DNA of 32,406 bases. It comes from a candidate division TA06 bacterium SM23_40. Lineage in GTDB: Bacteria > LJUI01 > SM1-40. The stretch's first letter is position 1. Every line of letters starts with the position of its first letter. The position numbers were made by a program, and so were the translations under genes. Below the pieces are notes generated by a model. The model ran no database searches and was not told where the DNA came from. It worked only from the letters and a program-made list of their open reading frames with translations. Below are positions 1-8,856 of the stretch, one piece after another. The stretch lies in NCBI GenBank assembly GCA_001303705.1, contig LJUI01000011.1, positions 1-32,406 of the forward strand. The letters run 5' to 3'.

Positions 1-215
1 TCGGAGACAACGGAGAGATGGACTGTATCCCCGACGTGGAGCGTCTCGGGCGCCAACGTCTCGGTGGTTCTGAGAAGTACCTGTGTGCCCGCAGGGACCC
101 GGACTTGTTGCTGCGCGATCGCTTCGTGGGGAGGGAGAAAAGCCCACATGAAGGCGAGCAGAGTTACGATCGTGAGGAGCTGAAATGAACTGTTTCCTCT
201 GTGCGATGCGGTCAT
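1..215 (-). CDS. Secreted hypothetical protein, 5' part only (runs off window start)
   Basis: Not in the ORF track. ATG at 215 follows an AAGGAGG RBS (221-227). The frame reads MTASHRGNSSFQLLTIVTLLAFMWAFLPPHEAIA-QQQVRVPAGTQVLLRTTETLAPETLHVGDTVHLSVVS with no stop to base 1. It has a hydrophobic signal peptide with an AxA cleavage site, then a beta-rich segment. Confidence 0.75.
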   Translation of the reverse strand, partial: MTASHRGNSSFQLLTIVTLLAFMWAFLPPHEAIAQQQVRVPAGTQVLLRTTETLAPETLHVGDTVHLSVVS

Positions 216-328
216 AATGCCCTCCTTCGTTTGTGAGACCTGAGAGGTCAACTGTGCCATGACTCCCGCCACAGGACAGACACACACTGGGAGAAAAGAC
301 TGCTCGACGATCACCCCGATTTTGCGAT

Positions 329-1657
329 TTAGAACTGGAAGCCCACGTCGAACTGAAGGAGCAGCTCATCTACTACCCTCATGTTTCGTCTCTCGGCGCT
401 GACGACAGACCCGTAGATGTTGCCAGCGTACCATCCGAAACTGAGTACGCCCAGGATAGTACCTAAGCCCTGGTGATCCTTATGGAACGCCTCATAGGTA
501 CCCCACATGAAGAGGCCATTGACGATGAACGAGGACAGGGCAGTCTGGCCGTAACCGTCATACAGATAGCCCAGGCCGGGCACGATTGCCAGCACTCCGG
601 CAATGAATGGGCTCTTCGGACTGATGTTTATGCCCTCACGGCACAGTCGCTCGCACTGCCTCGCACTGGACGAGAATTCTGAGTCGATGGGGACCCTGGC
701 AAAGGAGTGTTCAGCATCCTCCCAATTGGCCTCTTGTGCGTGGGAGAGCCCGGTGAGGAGAAGACTCTTCTCCCTGAGTTCCCTGCGGCTACTCACTGTC
801 AGTCCGTCGAGGTAGTCTCGCGCACGCGGGTAGTTACCAACTCTGAAGTAGCTAGCTCCGATAAGGAATCTGATATCGTCCGTGTCGTCTGTACGGGGAG
901 CGTACTCGAGGATATTCTGTCCCCAATGGATAGCCGCCAGATACTGCCCGGCCTGGTAGTGGCAGAAGAGTATCGACCTCACTGCGTCGTCTCTGTCGCG
1001 CGAATCGGGGTAGTAGGTGAGAAAGCGGCGATACTCCGTGATGGCAAGGTCATAGCTGCCTTCGGACTGGAGTTGTTTTGCGAAATGAAGAAGGCGGGTC
1101 TCCTCGCCGCCCGTGTCGTCCAAGAAGGTCTGCGGTGACGTGCCGCTATCGGGGAAACGGCCAGGCGGAGCGGTGGTGCCCGATGCTGATCCCGTATACG
1201 CATGCGGACTCAGTTGGTCTTCGATCGAGGAGGGGTCTGCTGGATCGGACCATCTGACGAATCCGTCGACTACGACGGCCTCGTAATTGTGCAGGTCATG
1301 GCCGCAGCGGTGCAAGCGATCTGCCGTCATGAGAAACGCTTGAACAGGATTGTATCTTTGAAAGACTTGGAGGCCGTACAGCGAGCAGTGCGGGTGCATC
1401 GGACAGGACGTTCCCTTCGACGGGCTAATGAGCAACTGGTATGTCCTGATCGCGCCGAGGGTCACAAACCCGTGGAAGGGATACGGCCCTCTGCCCGGAC
1501 CGTCGCTCGTTCCTGATTCTGCACAGGGATGGTCGGATGCCGGGGGAGGATGCTGGCGAGCTGGATATCGAGACTCAGAGGATTGAACCATCAACAGGGA
1601 CACGAGGATCAGCAAAAGCCCTATCCGGGCCGTAGTCTCCATCCGGCGGCTCATCAT
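329..1657 (-). CDS. Fusion protein: signal peptide + YidD-like (membrane protein insertion efficiency factor) domain + TPR repeats + C-terminal TM2/DUF5683-like membrane region
   Basis: YidD motif YQLLISPSKGTSCPMHPHCSLYG...TADRLHRCGH with three Cys; TPR-like helices (YDLAITEYRRFLTYYP, IGASYFRVGNYPRARDYL); C-terminal KSPFIAGVLAIVPGLGYLYDG plus two further hydrophobic helices. Exact start uncertain (1657/1654/1642). Confidence 0.75.
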   Translation of the reverse strand: MMSRRMETTARIGLLLILVSLLMVQSSESRYPARQHPPPASDHPCAESGTSDGPGRGPYPFHGFVTLGAIRTYQLLISPSKGTSCPMHPHCSLYGLQVFQRYNPVQAFLMTADRLHRCGHDLHNYEAVVVDGFVRWSDPADPSSIEDQLSPHAYTGSASGTTAPPGRFPDSGTSPQTFLDDTGGEETRLLHFAKQLQSEGSYDLAITEYRRFLTYYPDSRDRDDAVRSILFCHYQAGQYLAAIHWGQNILEYAPRTDDTDDIRFLIGASYFRVGNYPRARDYLDGLTVSSRRELREKSLLLTGLSHAQEANWEDAEHSFARVPIDSEFSSSARQCERLCREGINISPKSPFIAGVLAIVPGLGYLYDGYGQTALSSFIVNGLFMWGTYEAFHKDHQGLGTILGVLSFGWYAGNIYGSVVSAERRNMRVVDELLLQFDVGFQF

Positions 1658-1815
1658 GAAGATTACCTTCCGAGAGGTGTCCGGTCTATGCTCCCGTCGA
1701 TAGGCCTCCGGGTGCGATCAAGAACAGAGCAAGGATGGACAAGAGCCTCCTCGACGCCGCCTTGGTATCGACGTGAGTAAGGACGGCAGGTGGCGCGATG
1801 CCTTGATTGGCTCGG

Positions 1816-1844
1816 ACAATAGATGAATCGAGGGCCCCTGTCAA
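1816..1844 (-). promoter_or_regulatory. Sigma70-type promoter for the YidD-TPR gene
   Basis: Minus strand TTGACA (1844-1839), 17-nt spacer, TATTGT (1821-1816). Confidence 0.65.
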
Positions 1845-1889
1845 TAAGTTTCCATCGAGATGGGAAGGCCTGAGGGGACCTCGATTCAT
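1823..1889. repeat. 17-bp inverted repeat (16/17 match) with a 33-nt centre
   Basis: ATGAATCGAGGGCCCCT (1823-1839) and AGGGGACCTCGATTCAT (1873-1889). The centre holds a small TTCCAT/ATGGGA stem. Confidence 0.8.
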
Positions 1890-1972
1890 TCGCGAGTTCC
1901 GAGTTGTGTTGTGGCCGTGCCGGCACATCGACCCGAGGGACGGCGAGCCGTCCGCCAACCCGTGCGGCATGC

Positions 1973-2425
1973 CTAGAAGAAATATCTCATGCCGAAAGCC
2001 CCGTTAAGCCGGAGTTCGGTCTCCGGAGCGAGATCGAGAACCGGAACGAGTTCGAGAAACAGGTCAAGGGGTGTTCCAGCAATAACGTAGGCGATACCTA
2101 CGGGAATCCGCATTCCAAACCTGCTGTCATCTTCGAGCTTGAGCCTTCCGCCGACGCCGAAATAGAAGGGCATCACAGCATCTCCTAGCTCGAACATATC
2201 GAAATTGTGTACGAGATAGTCAGCATGCAAATGCATGGCGTTCTCGTCGGCAAATGACCAGGCAAGCGCTGCATCGATTGCAGTGCGGCCTCCTGTCCAC
2301 CACTTGCCAGTGACGCCGGTTGGTTCGCCTACTATGACTCCCAGCCCGAGAGGGCGCTGCTGTGCGCTAGCCGCGGCGCAGAGCAGTACCAGCATGAGTA
2401 CACAGAGTGCAATGGAGCGGGCCAT
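1973..2425 (-). CDS. Small outer-membrane beta-barrel protein (DUF3996-like)
   Basis: Start moved to ATG 2425 (GAGGAGGA RBS). Signal peptide MARSIALCVLMLVLLCAAASA; GLGVIVGEPTGVTGKWW; alternating beta-strand pattern; C-terminal GMRYFF. Confidence 0.75.
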   Translation of the reverse strand: MARSIALCVLMLVLLCAAASAQQRPLGLGVIVGEPTGVTGKWWTGGRTAIDAALAWSFADENAMHLHADYLVHNFDMFELGDAVMPFYFGVGGRLKLEDDSRFGMRIPVGIAYVIAGTPLDLFLELVPVLDLAPETELRLNGAFGMRYFF

Positions 2426-2471
2426 TTCGGTATCCTCCTCTCTGGAGGGGTTCCGGTGACTGCCCTTCTTC

Positions 2472-4559
2472 CTATTCTCCTTCCACGACGAGGCGTGAGA
2501 AGTCTGCCAGCTGAAGGAATCGCTTGCGGGCCGCATTGACGAGACCGAGGCGGTTGGCACGTATGGCCTGATCTTCGGCCATCACGAGCACATCGTCGAA
2601 CAGGTCGTCAATCGGCTTCCGCAGCGACAGGAGAAGGGTGAGCGCACGATCGTACTGCCGCTCTCTCAGGGCCTGATTCAGACTCTCGTCGATGCTCTCG
2701 ATCTTGTCCAGGAGCAGCCGCTCGGTCTCCGACTCGAAGAGCGACCTGTCGGGCAGGGGTGGCTCGGGCACCCCTTTGAGGATGTTGCTCACCCGTTTCT
2801 GGCCGATGACGAGATCGACGAACTCAGGGCCGCTCCGCTGCCGATTGAGTGCGGTGGCCCGGTCGTGTACTTCACATATATCATCGAAGCCGGCCGCCAG
2901 GCTGGCATCGATGAGATCGTATCCGATACCTCCTTCCTCGAGGGGGGTGCGGACTCTCTGAGCGATGAAGTCGATGATCGACTCGGCCAGGTCGGGTCGT
3001 CCATCCCCGTCCCCCGCCCGGCCGTATGCCGCGATAGCACGGCTGACGAGCTGGCCGATCGAGTAGCTGAAGCCGTGGGCGAGGGTGACGCTCACTAGGC
3101 CGGCTGCCATGCGGCGCAGCCCGTAGGGATCCTGCGAGCCGGTGGGTATGATGCCCCCGAGAAAGCACCCGGCGATCGAGTCCATCTTGTCAGCGATAGC
3201 GACGGCCGCTCCTTCCCGAGTACGGGGGAGAGAATCCCCGGGGAATCGAGGCAGATAGTGCTCCTCGATACAGGTGGCGACTTCCTCCGGTTCGCCGGAA
3301 GCCAGGGCATACTCCCGGCCCATCGTCCCCTGCAGGCTTGTGAACTCCTTTCCATCTCGTATCATCTCGGTGACGAGGTCGGCCTTTGCCAGATAAGCCC
3401 CCCGTTCCGCCACCTCTCGGTTCACGCCGCCCACGCGATCTGCGAGGAATCCGGCGAGGGCGACGATTCGCTCGGTCTTGTCGAACAGCGTCCCCAGGCC
3501 TTCCTGCCATACCATGCCCTTGAGCAGTGCGACCTTCTCCGCGAGAGAGGTCTTTCGGTCCTCTTTCCAGTAGAATCGCGCGTCGTCGAGCCTGGCCTTG
3601 AGGACGTATTCGTTCACTGTCCTGATCTCGTCGATGTTATCCGACGAGGTGTTGACGATGCCCACGAATGTCGGGAGAAGGTTCCCGGTACCGTCATGGA
3701 TCGCGAAATAGTGCTGGTGCTCTCGCATCGCCGTGACGACGACATCGCGGGGCAGGGACAGGAACGAGTCGTCGAACGTTCCCAGGTATGCCGACGGGTA
3801 CTCGGTGATGTTGGCGACCTCTGTCAGCAATTCCTCGTCCTCCACGAGGTGCCCGCCGTGTGCCCGAACGAGCTCTTCGACCATACGGCGGATCCTGGAT
3901 CTTCGTTCGTCCTGGTCAGCGACAACGTAACCTTGCTCCATGGTCTGGAGGTACTGCGCGGGATCGGAGATCGAGATCGGTCCTGAGCTGAGAAAGCGAT
4001 GTCCCCGAGTCTGGTGACCCGACCGGACACCGGCGATCTCGAAGCCGATCACGTTCCGGCCGAAGAGCGCGACTATCCACCGGATGGGCCGGACGAAACG
4101 CACATCGCATGTGCCCCAGCGCATCGACTTCCGGAAACTGAGGGAGAGGATCAGCCGCGGCAGGAAGCCAGCGAGGAGGTCGGGAGTCGGACGTCCGGCA
4201 TCGACCTTCTCCACGGCGAGGTACTCGCCTCTCGGGGTCGTAACGACCCTCAGGTCATCGAGACCGACACCCTGGGCTCGAGCGAAGCCCTTCGCGGCCT
4301 GGGTCGGCTTCTTCCGGTCATCGAACGCGACCTTGCGTGGCGGGCCGAGGACCTGGCGTCTTGTGGGGCTCTGTCCCGGCGCCACACCCCGTACGGAGAG
4401 AGCGAGCCTGCGGGGCGTGTAGTAGACATTCATCTCTCCGTGCTCGATCCGCTCGTCATCGAGAAAAGCCTTTGCCCCGGCCAGCAACTGGTCGGCAGCC
4501 GGCGCAATATCGCCCGGAGGCATCTCTTCGGTCCCGAGTTCAAGCAGGAAATCCTCCAT
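2472..4559 (-). CDS. glyS: Glycine--tRNA ligase beta subunit
   Basis: FLLELGTEEMP, TPRRLAL, KSMRWG...FVRPIRW, PTGSQDPYGLRR, FDDVLVMAED..IRANRL; directly downstream of glyQ. Confidence 0.97.
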   Translation of the reverse strand: MEDFLLELGTEEMPPGDIAPAADQLLAGAKAFLDDERIEHGEMNVYYTPRRLALSVRGVAPGQSPTRRQVLGPPRKVAFDDRKKPTQAAKGFARAQGVGLDDLRVVTTPRGEYLAVEKVDAGRPTPDLLAGFLPRLILSLSFRKSMRWGTCDVRFVRPIRWIVALFGRNVIGFEIAGVRSGHQTRGHRFLSSGPISISDPAQYLQTMEQGYVVADQDERRSRIRRMVEELVRAHGGHLVEDEELLTEVANITEYPSAYLGTFDDSFLSLPRDVVVTAMREHQHYFAIHDGTGNLLPTFVGIVNTSSDNIDEIRTVNEYVLKARLDDARFYWKEDRKTSLAEKVALLKGMVWQEGLGTLFDKTERIVALAGFLADRVGGVNREVAERGAYLAKADLVTEMIRDGKEFTSLQGTMGREYALASGEPEEVATCIEEHYLPRFPGDSLPRTREGAAVAIADKMDSIAGCFLGGIIPTGSQDPYGLRRMAAGLVSVTLAHGFSYSIGQLVSRAIAAYGRAGDGDGRPDLAESIIDFIAQRVRTPLEEGGIGYDLIDASLAAGFDDICEVHDRATALNRQRSGPEFVDLVIGQKRVSNILKGVPEPPLPDRSLFESETERLLLDKIESIDESLNQALRERQYDRALTLLLSLRKPIDDLFDDVLVMAEDQAIRANRLGLVNAARKRFLQLADFSRLVVEGE

Positions 4560-4561
4560 TA

Positions 4562-5431
4562 TTACTCCTCAGTCCCTGTATGTGATCCATCTCCCCCCTG
4601 TTCAAGATACCGGGTTGCCACCGCACGCGCAAGCTTCCGGATCCTCGTAATGTAGTTGGTTCGTTCTGTGACGGCGATCGCGCCTCTCGCTTCGAGAAGA
4701 TTGAATGTATGAGAGCACTTGAGAACGTACTCGTAAGCCGGATAGACGAGGCCGGCCTCCAGCAGCAGATCGACCTCGCGCTCATAGGCGCGAAAGCAGT
4801 CGAACAGGCTATCGACGCTGGCGACCGAATACGAGTACAGGGAATGTTGCCGCTCCTCTCCTCGATGGACTTCCCCATAGGTGATCCCATCTGTCCATTC
4901 GATCGCTCCGAAGTCGGGCGCTCCCTGTATCGCCATTGCCAGCCGTTCGAGTCCGTATGTCAGTTCGACCGAGATCGGATCCAGCTCGAACCCACCTACC
5001 TGTTGAAAATAAGTGAACTGCGTGATCTCGATCCCGTCCATTGTCACCTGCCATCCGACCCCCGTCGCGCCGAGCGTGGGCGATTGCCAGTCGTCCTCTT
5101 CGAACCGGATATCGTGCCTGGTGAGATCGATCCCGATCGCAGCGAGACTGTCCAAGTAGAGATCTTGGATATCGTCCGGGGAGGGCTTCAGGATGACCTG
5201 GTACTGGTAATGGCGGTATAATCGATTGGGATTCTCGCCGTACCGGGCGTCCTTGGGTCTCCGTGAAGGTTGGACATATCCGACGCGCCATGGCTCCGGT
5301 CCGAGGACGCGGAGGAAGGTCGCGGGATGGAATGTGCCAGCACCTACCTCCAGGTCGTAGGGCTGGAGGATGACGCAGCCGTGGTCGGCCCAGTATGCCT
5401 CGAGTGCGAAGATCATCTTCTGAAACGTCAC
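4562..5431 (-). CDS. glyQ: Glycine--tRNA ligase alpha subunit
   Basis: [66 protein letters not shown] start. Confidence 0.98.
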   Translation of the reverse strand: MTFQKMIFALEAYWADHGCVILQPYDLEVGAGTFHPATFLRVLGPEPWRVGYVQPSRRPKDARYGENPNRLYRHYQYQVILKPSPDDIQDLYLDSLAAIGIDLTRHDIRFEEDDWQSPTLGATGVGWQVTMDGIEITQFTYFQQVGGFELDPISVELTYGLERLAMAIQGAPDFGAIEWTDGITYGEVHRGEERQHSLYSYSVASVDSLFDCFRAYEREVDLLLEAGLVYPAYEYVLKCSHTFNLLEARGAIAVTERTNYITRIRKLARAVATRYLEQGGDGSHTGTEE

Positions 5432-5465
5432 GAAGACCTCCAGTCTATTCGAATGTCAGGATGTC

Positions 5466-6260
5466 TCATGTTGCCCCCGGGCAGTTGGGAGGCGCTGTCC
5501 CGATCGTCCGGCGATGAAACTCGAGCGCGTTGAGGATAGCAGGTCCCCCGAGGTGGAAGCTGAAGAAGCGATCGATGAGGAGGCTCACCTCGCTGAGGGC
5601 TGTCGATCTGGCCGGCTTGAGCCGGAGCTCAGCCAGAGGAGCGCTCTGAAGGCGAAGGACAAATGTCCGCAGCGTATCGTTCATCGCCAGAGAGTAATCC
5701 GACAGGGGAGCGCATCGGGGACACAATATCCCGCCCCTCGGTATATCGAAGCCGGAGGGCTCGGCAGTGCTGCCGCAAACGACGCACTTGCGAAGGCGAG
5801 GCGCATACCCGACCAACCCGAGGAGACGGAGAAGATAGGCCCAGAAGATCGTGGCAAGCGCCGCCTCAGATTCGCTGGCGTCCATCTCTTCGAGTGTCTT
5901 CACTGCCAGATCGAACAGATGTCTGTTCGGGTCCTCGCTCCCGGTGCTGCGGTCCAGGCTTTCGATGACGGCTGAGCCATACGAGATGCCGGGCAGCCAC
6001 GACCGAAGATGTTGGAATGAATGGATGATCGTGGCCTCGGAGATCGTATGGAGCGTTCGGTCCCTGCGATGATAGATGACGAGATAACAGTGTGTCAAAG
6101 GCTCGAGGCTTGCTCCGAAGCGGCTCTTCGTCCTCCGCACGCCCCTGGCTACCGAGTCCAGCTTACCATACTGCTCACTGAAGGTCACGGCGATTTTGCT
6201 GCTGTCACGCAGATTGCGCGTGCGCAGGACGATCGCCTCTGTCTTGATAATCGGTGCCAT
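5466..6260 (-). CDS. recO: DNA repair protein RecO
   Basis: Start moved to ATG 6260. KTEAIVLR...DSSKI...YGKLDSVARGVRRTKSRFGASLEP; Zn-finger CVVCG...CPRC; usual position upstream of glyQS. Confidence 0.93.
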   Translation of the reverse strand: MAPIIKTEAIVLRTRNLRDSSKIAVTFSEQYGKLDSVARGVRRTKSRFGASLEPLTHCYLVIYHRRDRTLHTISEATIIHSFQHLRSWLPGISYGSAVIESLDRSTGSEDPNRHLFDLAVKTLEEMDASESEAALATIFWAYLLRLLGLVGYAPRLRKCVVCGSTAEPSGFDIPRGGILCPRCAPLSDYSLAMNDTLRTFVLRLQSAPLAELRLKPARSTALSEVSLLIDRFFSFHLGGPAILNALEFHRRTIGTAPPNCPGAT

Positions 6261-6271
6261 AGGGCGATGCC

Positions 6272-7627
6272 TCAGAGATATCTCAGCAGAATGGTGGCGA
6301 GGCCGAGGAAGATGAAGAATCCTATCACGTCGGTGACGGTTGTGAGGAGGATGCCAGAGGCGAGGGCCGGGTCGAGATTGATCCAGCGGAAAAAGAGGGG
6401 GACCGAAGCGCCGACGACTCCTGCAAACAGGAGATTGGCGATGAGGGCGAGGCCGACGACGATGCCGAGCACAGCGTTGCCGACCCACAGGAAGGCCACG
6501 ACACCGGTCAGGGTTCCGATGACGAGTCCCATGAGGGCCCCGACCGCGGCTTCTTTCGCGAGCAGCCGCCACGTATCTGCGACTGTGACCTCGCCGAGCG
6601 CGATCGCGCGCACGATGATGGTGACGGCCTGGGTCCCCGCGTTCCCCCCCATGCCAGCAACGATGGGCATGAACACCGCAAGCGTGACGACTGCCTTTAT
6701 CGTGTCCTGGAACAGGGCTACGACGGTAGCGGCGAGGAAGGCAGTGATCAGATTGATGGCAAGCCAGGGCAGCCGTCTGCCGACCGATTTCCGCGTGGGG
6801 GAAAACGCATGCTCAGTCTCCCCGATACCTCCCAACCCCATCATATCCTCGGTCGCTTCTTCCTCGAGGACATCGACGATGTCGTCGACGGTGATGATGC
6901 CACGGAGTTTTCCTCGTCTATCGATGACCGGTACTTCGATAAGGTCGTACTTGGCCACTGTGCGCGCCACCTCCTCTTGGTCCTCGTCAATCTGCACAGC
7001 TATGGGGTCGGCGACCATTATCGAGGCGAGCTGCTCATCAGGGGGAGCGATGATCAGGTCACGCAGGGTGAGCACGCCCCTCAGTCGGCGAGTCTTATCG
7101 ACGATGTAGAGGTAGAAGACCAGGGCATCCTCGAGCAGCGGGTCGCGAAGTCGGTCAAGCGCCTCAGCGACCGAGAGATCTGCGGGAAGTGCGATGCACT
7201 CGGGGCTCATGATCCCGCCCGCGGCGGCCTCGTCGTATCGCAGGAGCTCTTCCAGCTCCTTCGATTCCTCGTCGCTCAGCAGGTCGAAGACGCGTACGCG
7301 TTCCTCGGGCTCGAGTTCGGCGACGATGTCGGTGGCATCGTCGAGCTCCATTTCGTCGATCAGTCTCGATATCTGGCCGTGGCTCAGGCGGTCGAGGAAG
7401 TAGGAGAGAGAATCCTGATCGATCTCGAGGAGGACATCCGCTGCGCGCTCGACACTCAGCTGAGCGAACAGTACCTCTTTGCCTTCGTTGTCGAGATGGT
7501 CGATGATCAGAGCGATGTCTGCGGGATGGAGATCTGTGGCCAGCGCCCGCAGCTCTTCCTTCTTGTTATCCCGGATAAGGTCGGCCGCCTGTTCGATCAG
7601 TTCATCGAGCGGTGGGGACGGCTTCAT
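6272..7627 (-). CDS. mgtE: Magnesium transporter MgtE
   Basis: LHPADIA N-domain, CBS pair (AGGIM...GIITVDDIVD), RRLPWL, GMGGNAGTQ, DPALASG..LTTVTD. Confidence 0.96.
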   Translation of the reverse strand: MKPSPPLDELIEQAADLIRDNKKEELRALATDLHPADIALIIDHLDNEGKEVLFAQLSVERAADVLLEIDQDSLSYFLDRLSHGQISRLIDEMELDDATDIVAELEPEERVRVFDLLSDEESKELEELLRYDEAAAGGIMSPECIALPADLSVAEALDRLRDPLLEDALVFYLYIVDKTRRLRGVLTLRDLIIAPPDEQLASIMVADPIAVQIDEDQEEVARTVAKYDLIEVPVIDRRGKLRGIITVDDIVDVLEEEATEDMMGLGGIGETEHAFSPTRKSVGRRLPWLAINLITAFLAATVVALFQDTIKAVVTLAVFMPIVAGMGGNAGTQAVTIIVRAIALGEVTVADTWRLLAKEAAVGALMGLVIGTLTGVVAFLWVGNAVLGIVVGLALIANLLFAGVVGASVPLFFRWINLDPALASGILLTTVTDVIGFFIFLGLATILLRYL

Positions 7628-8856
7628 CTCGATACCTCGACTTTCAGGCGCTCGACACGGTGGGCGCTCGAGCGGAGAACAGTCAGCCTCAGGTTCTGCG
7701 TCCTGTGTACCGTGCCGCGAGCAGGGATCTCCCCGAAGTGGGCGGTGAGGAATCCCGAGATCGTCTCGTAGTCTCCCTCAGGCACTTCCAGCCCGAGTTG
7801 ATCCTTCAGATCGTCGATTCTGGCACGTCCATCGACAATGTATACACCCTTCGCGGTCTCGTCGTAAAGGATGTATTTCAGGTCGTGTTCGTCCCAGATG
7901 TCCCCTACCAGCTCCTCCAGGAGATTCTCAAGCGTCACCAGCCCCGCCGTCCCTCCGTACTCGTCGACGACGATAGCCAGATGTCCCCTCTCCTCTCGGA
8001 GCTCTTCCAGGAGTTCGTGGCAACCCTTGCTCTCGGGGACGAATCTAATGGGGCGGATGATGCCTTCGATATGGTCTTCAGAGGAACTGAGACGGAGGAG
8101 GTCCATGACGTGGACTACGCCGATAATGTGGTCGATATCGCCGTCCGTGATCGGGATCCGCGAGTGACCATATCTGGAGACGAGGTCAAGCACGTCCGAC
8201 AGCGTCGCCTCACGTGGGGCACAGACCATTGCCACCCGCGGCACCATTACCTCTCTCACCTTCATCTCTGAGAAATCGAGGAACTCGGAGAGCAGTTTGC
8301 GTCCCGTCAGGCCTACCACGCCAGTCCGCTCAGCCTCTCGGGTGGCCAGCTTGAGGTCTCTCTTCGTGAACAGTGGTTGGGTCCGCCCGCGGCTGGGAAT
8401 GTCGAGCAGCCAGAGCAGGCCCCGGCTGAAAGCAGTGGTGACTGCGATGAGTGGAAGGAGGAGGTAGTAGAATAGCGATAGCGGAGCGGCAACGATGGTA
8501 CTGATGCGGTCTGCCCGCGCATACGAGACTGTTTTAGGTATGATCTCCGCCGCGGTGACTACGATGAGCGGTACAAGTATCGTGGCCATGACGGCCCCCG
8601 TACGTCCAAAGGAGGCGATGAACAGGTCGGTGGCGAGAACAGATGTGATGACCAGACAGAGGTTGGTGCCGACGAGGATGGTCGTCAGCATCCTGTTGGG
8701 GTCGTCCAGGAGGCGCTGTGCCAGGATTGCTCCCCTGATGCCGTTCGCGGCGCGATGGCGGAGCCGGATCTTGTTCACTGTGACGAGCGCCGTCTCGGAG
8801 CCGGCGAAGAAGCCCGTGAAGAGCAGAAATACGATGGCGGCGATCAGCTGCGTCAT
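7624..8856 (-). CDS. CNNM/HlyC-CorC family membrane protein (DUF21 + CBS + CorC)
   Basis: FFAGSETAL, AEIIPK, VREVMVPR, HSRIP, VDEYGGTAGLVTLENLLEELVG, YETISG. Confidence 0.92.
   Translation of the reverse strand: MTQLIAAIVFLLFTGFFAGSETALVTVNKIRLRHRAANGIRGAILAQRLLDDPNRMLTTILVGTNLCLVITSVLATDLFIASFGRTGAVMATILVPLIVVTAAEIIPKTVSYARADRISTIVAAPLSLFYYLLLPLIAVTTAFSRGLLWLLDIPSRGRTQPLFTKRDLKLATREAERTGVVGLTGRKLLSEFLDFSEMKVREVMVPRVAMVCAPREATLSDVLDLVSRYGHSRIPITDGDIDHIIGVVHVMDLLRLSSSEDHIEGIIRPIRFVPESKGCHELLEELREERGHLAIVVDEYGGTAGLVTLENLLEELVGDIWDEHDLKYILYDETAKGVYIVDGRARIDDLKDQLGLEVPEGDYETISGFLTAHFGEIPARGTVHRTQNLRLTVLRSSAHRVERLKVEVSR

Noticed and set aside
1686..1742. 18-aa hydrophobic leader peptide (TTG start, LSILALFLIAPGGLSTGA) after GAGGAGG on the minus strand
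   Set aside because: The RBS-to-start spacing is only 3 nt and the start codon is weak; unsupported without ribosome profiling or conservation.
5466..6572. N-terminal extensions in the ORF track (recO from 6572; likewise ORFs starting at 2560, 10722, 14623, 18055, 20026, 24016)
   Set aside because: They overlap upstream genes or lack an RBS; downstream starts match the family N-termini better.
6021..7771. Long plus-strand ORFs (362 and 320 aa) and similar overlapping ORFs across the window
   Set aside because: They are antisense shadows of well-supported genes in GC-rich DNA and show no motifs.
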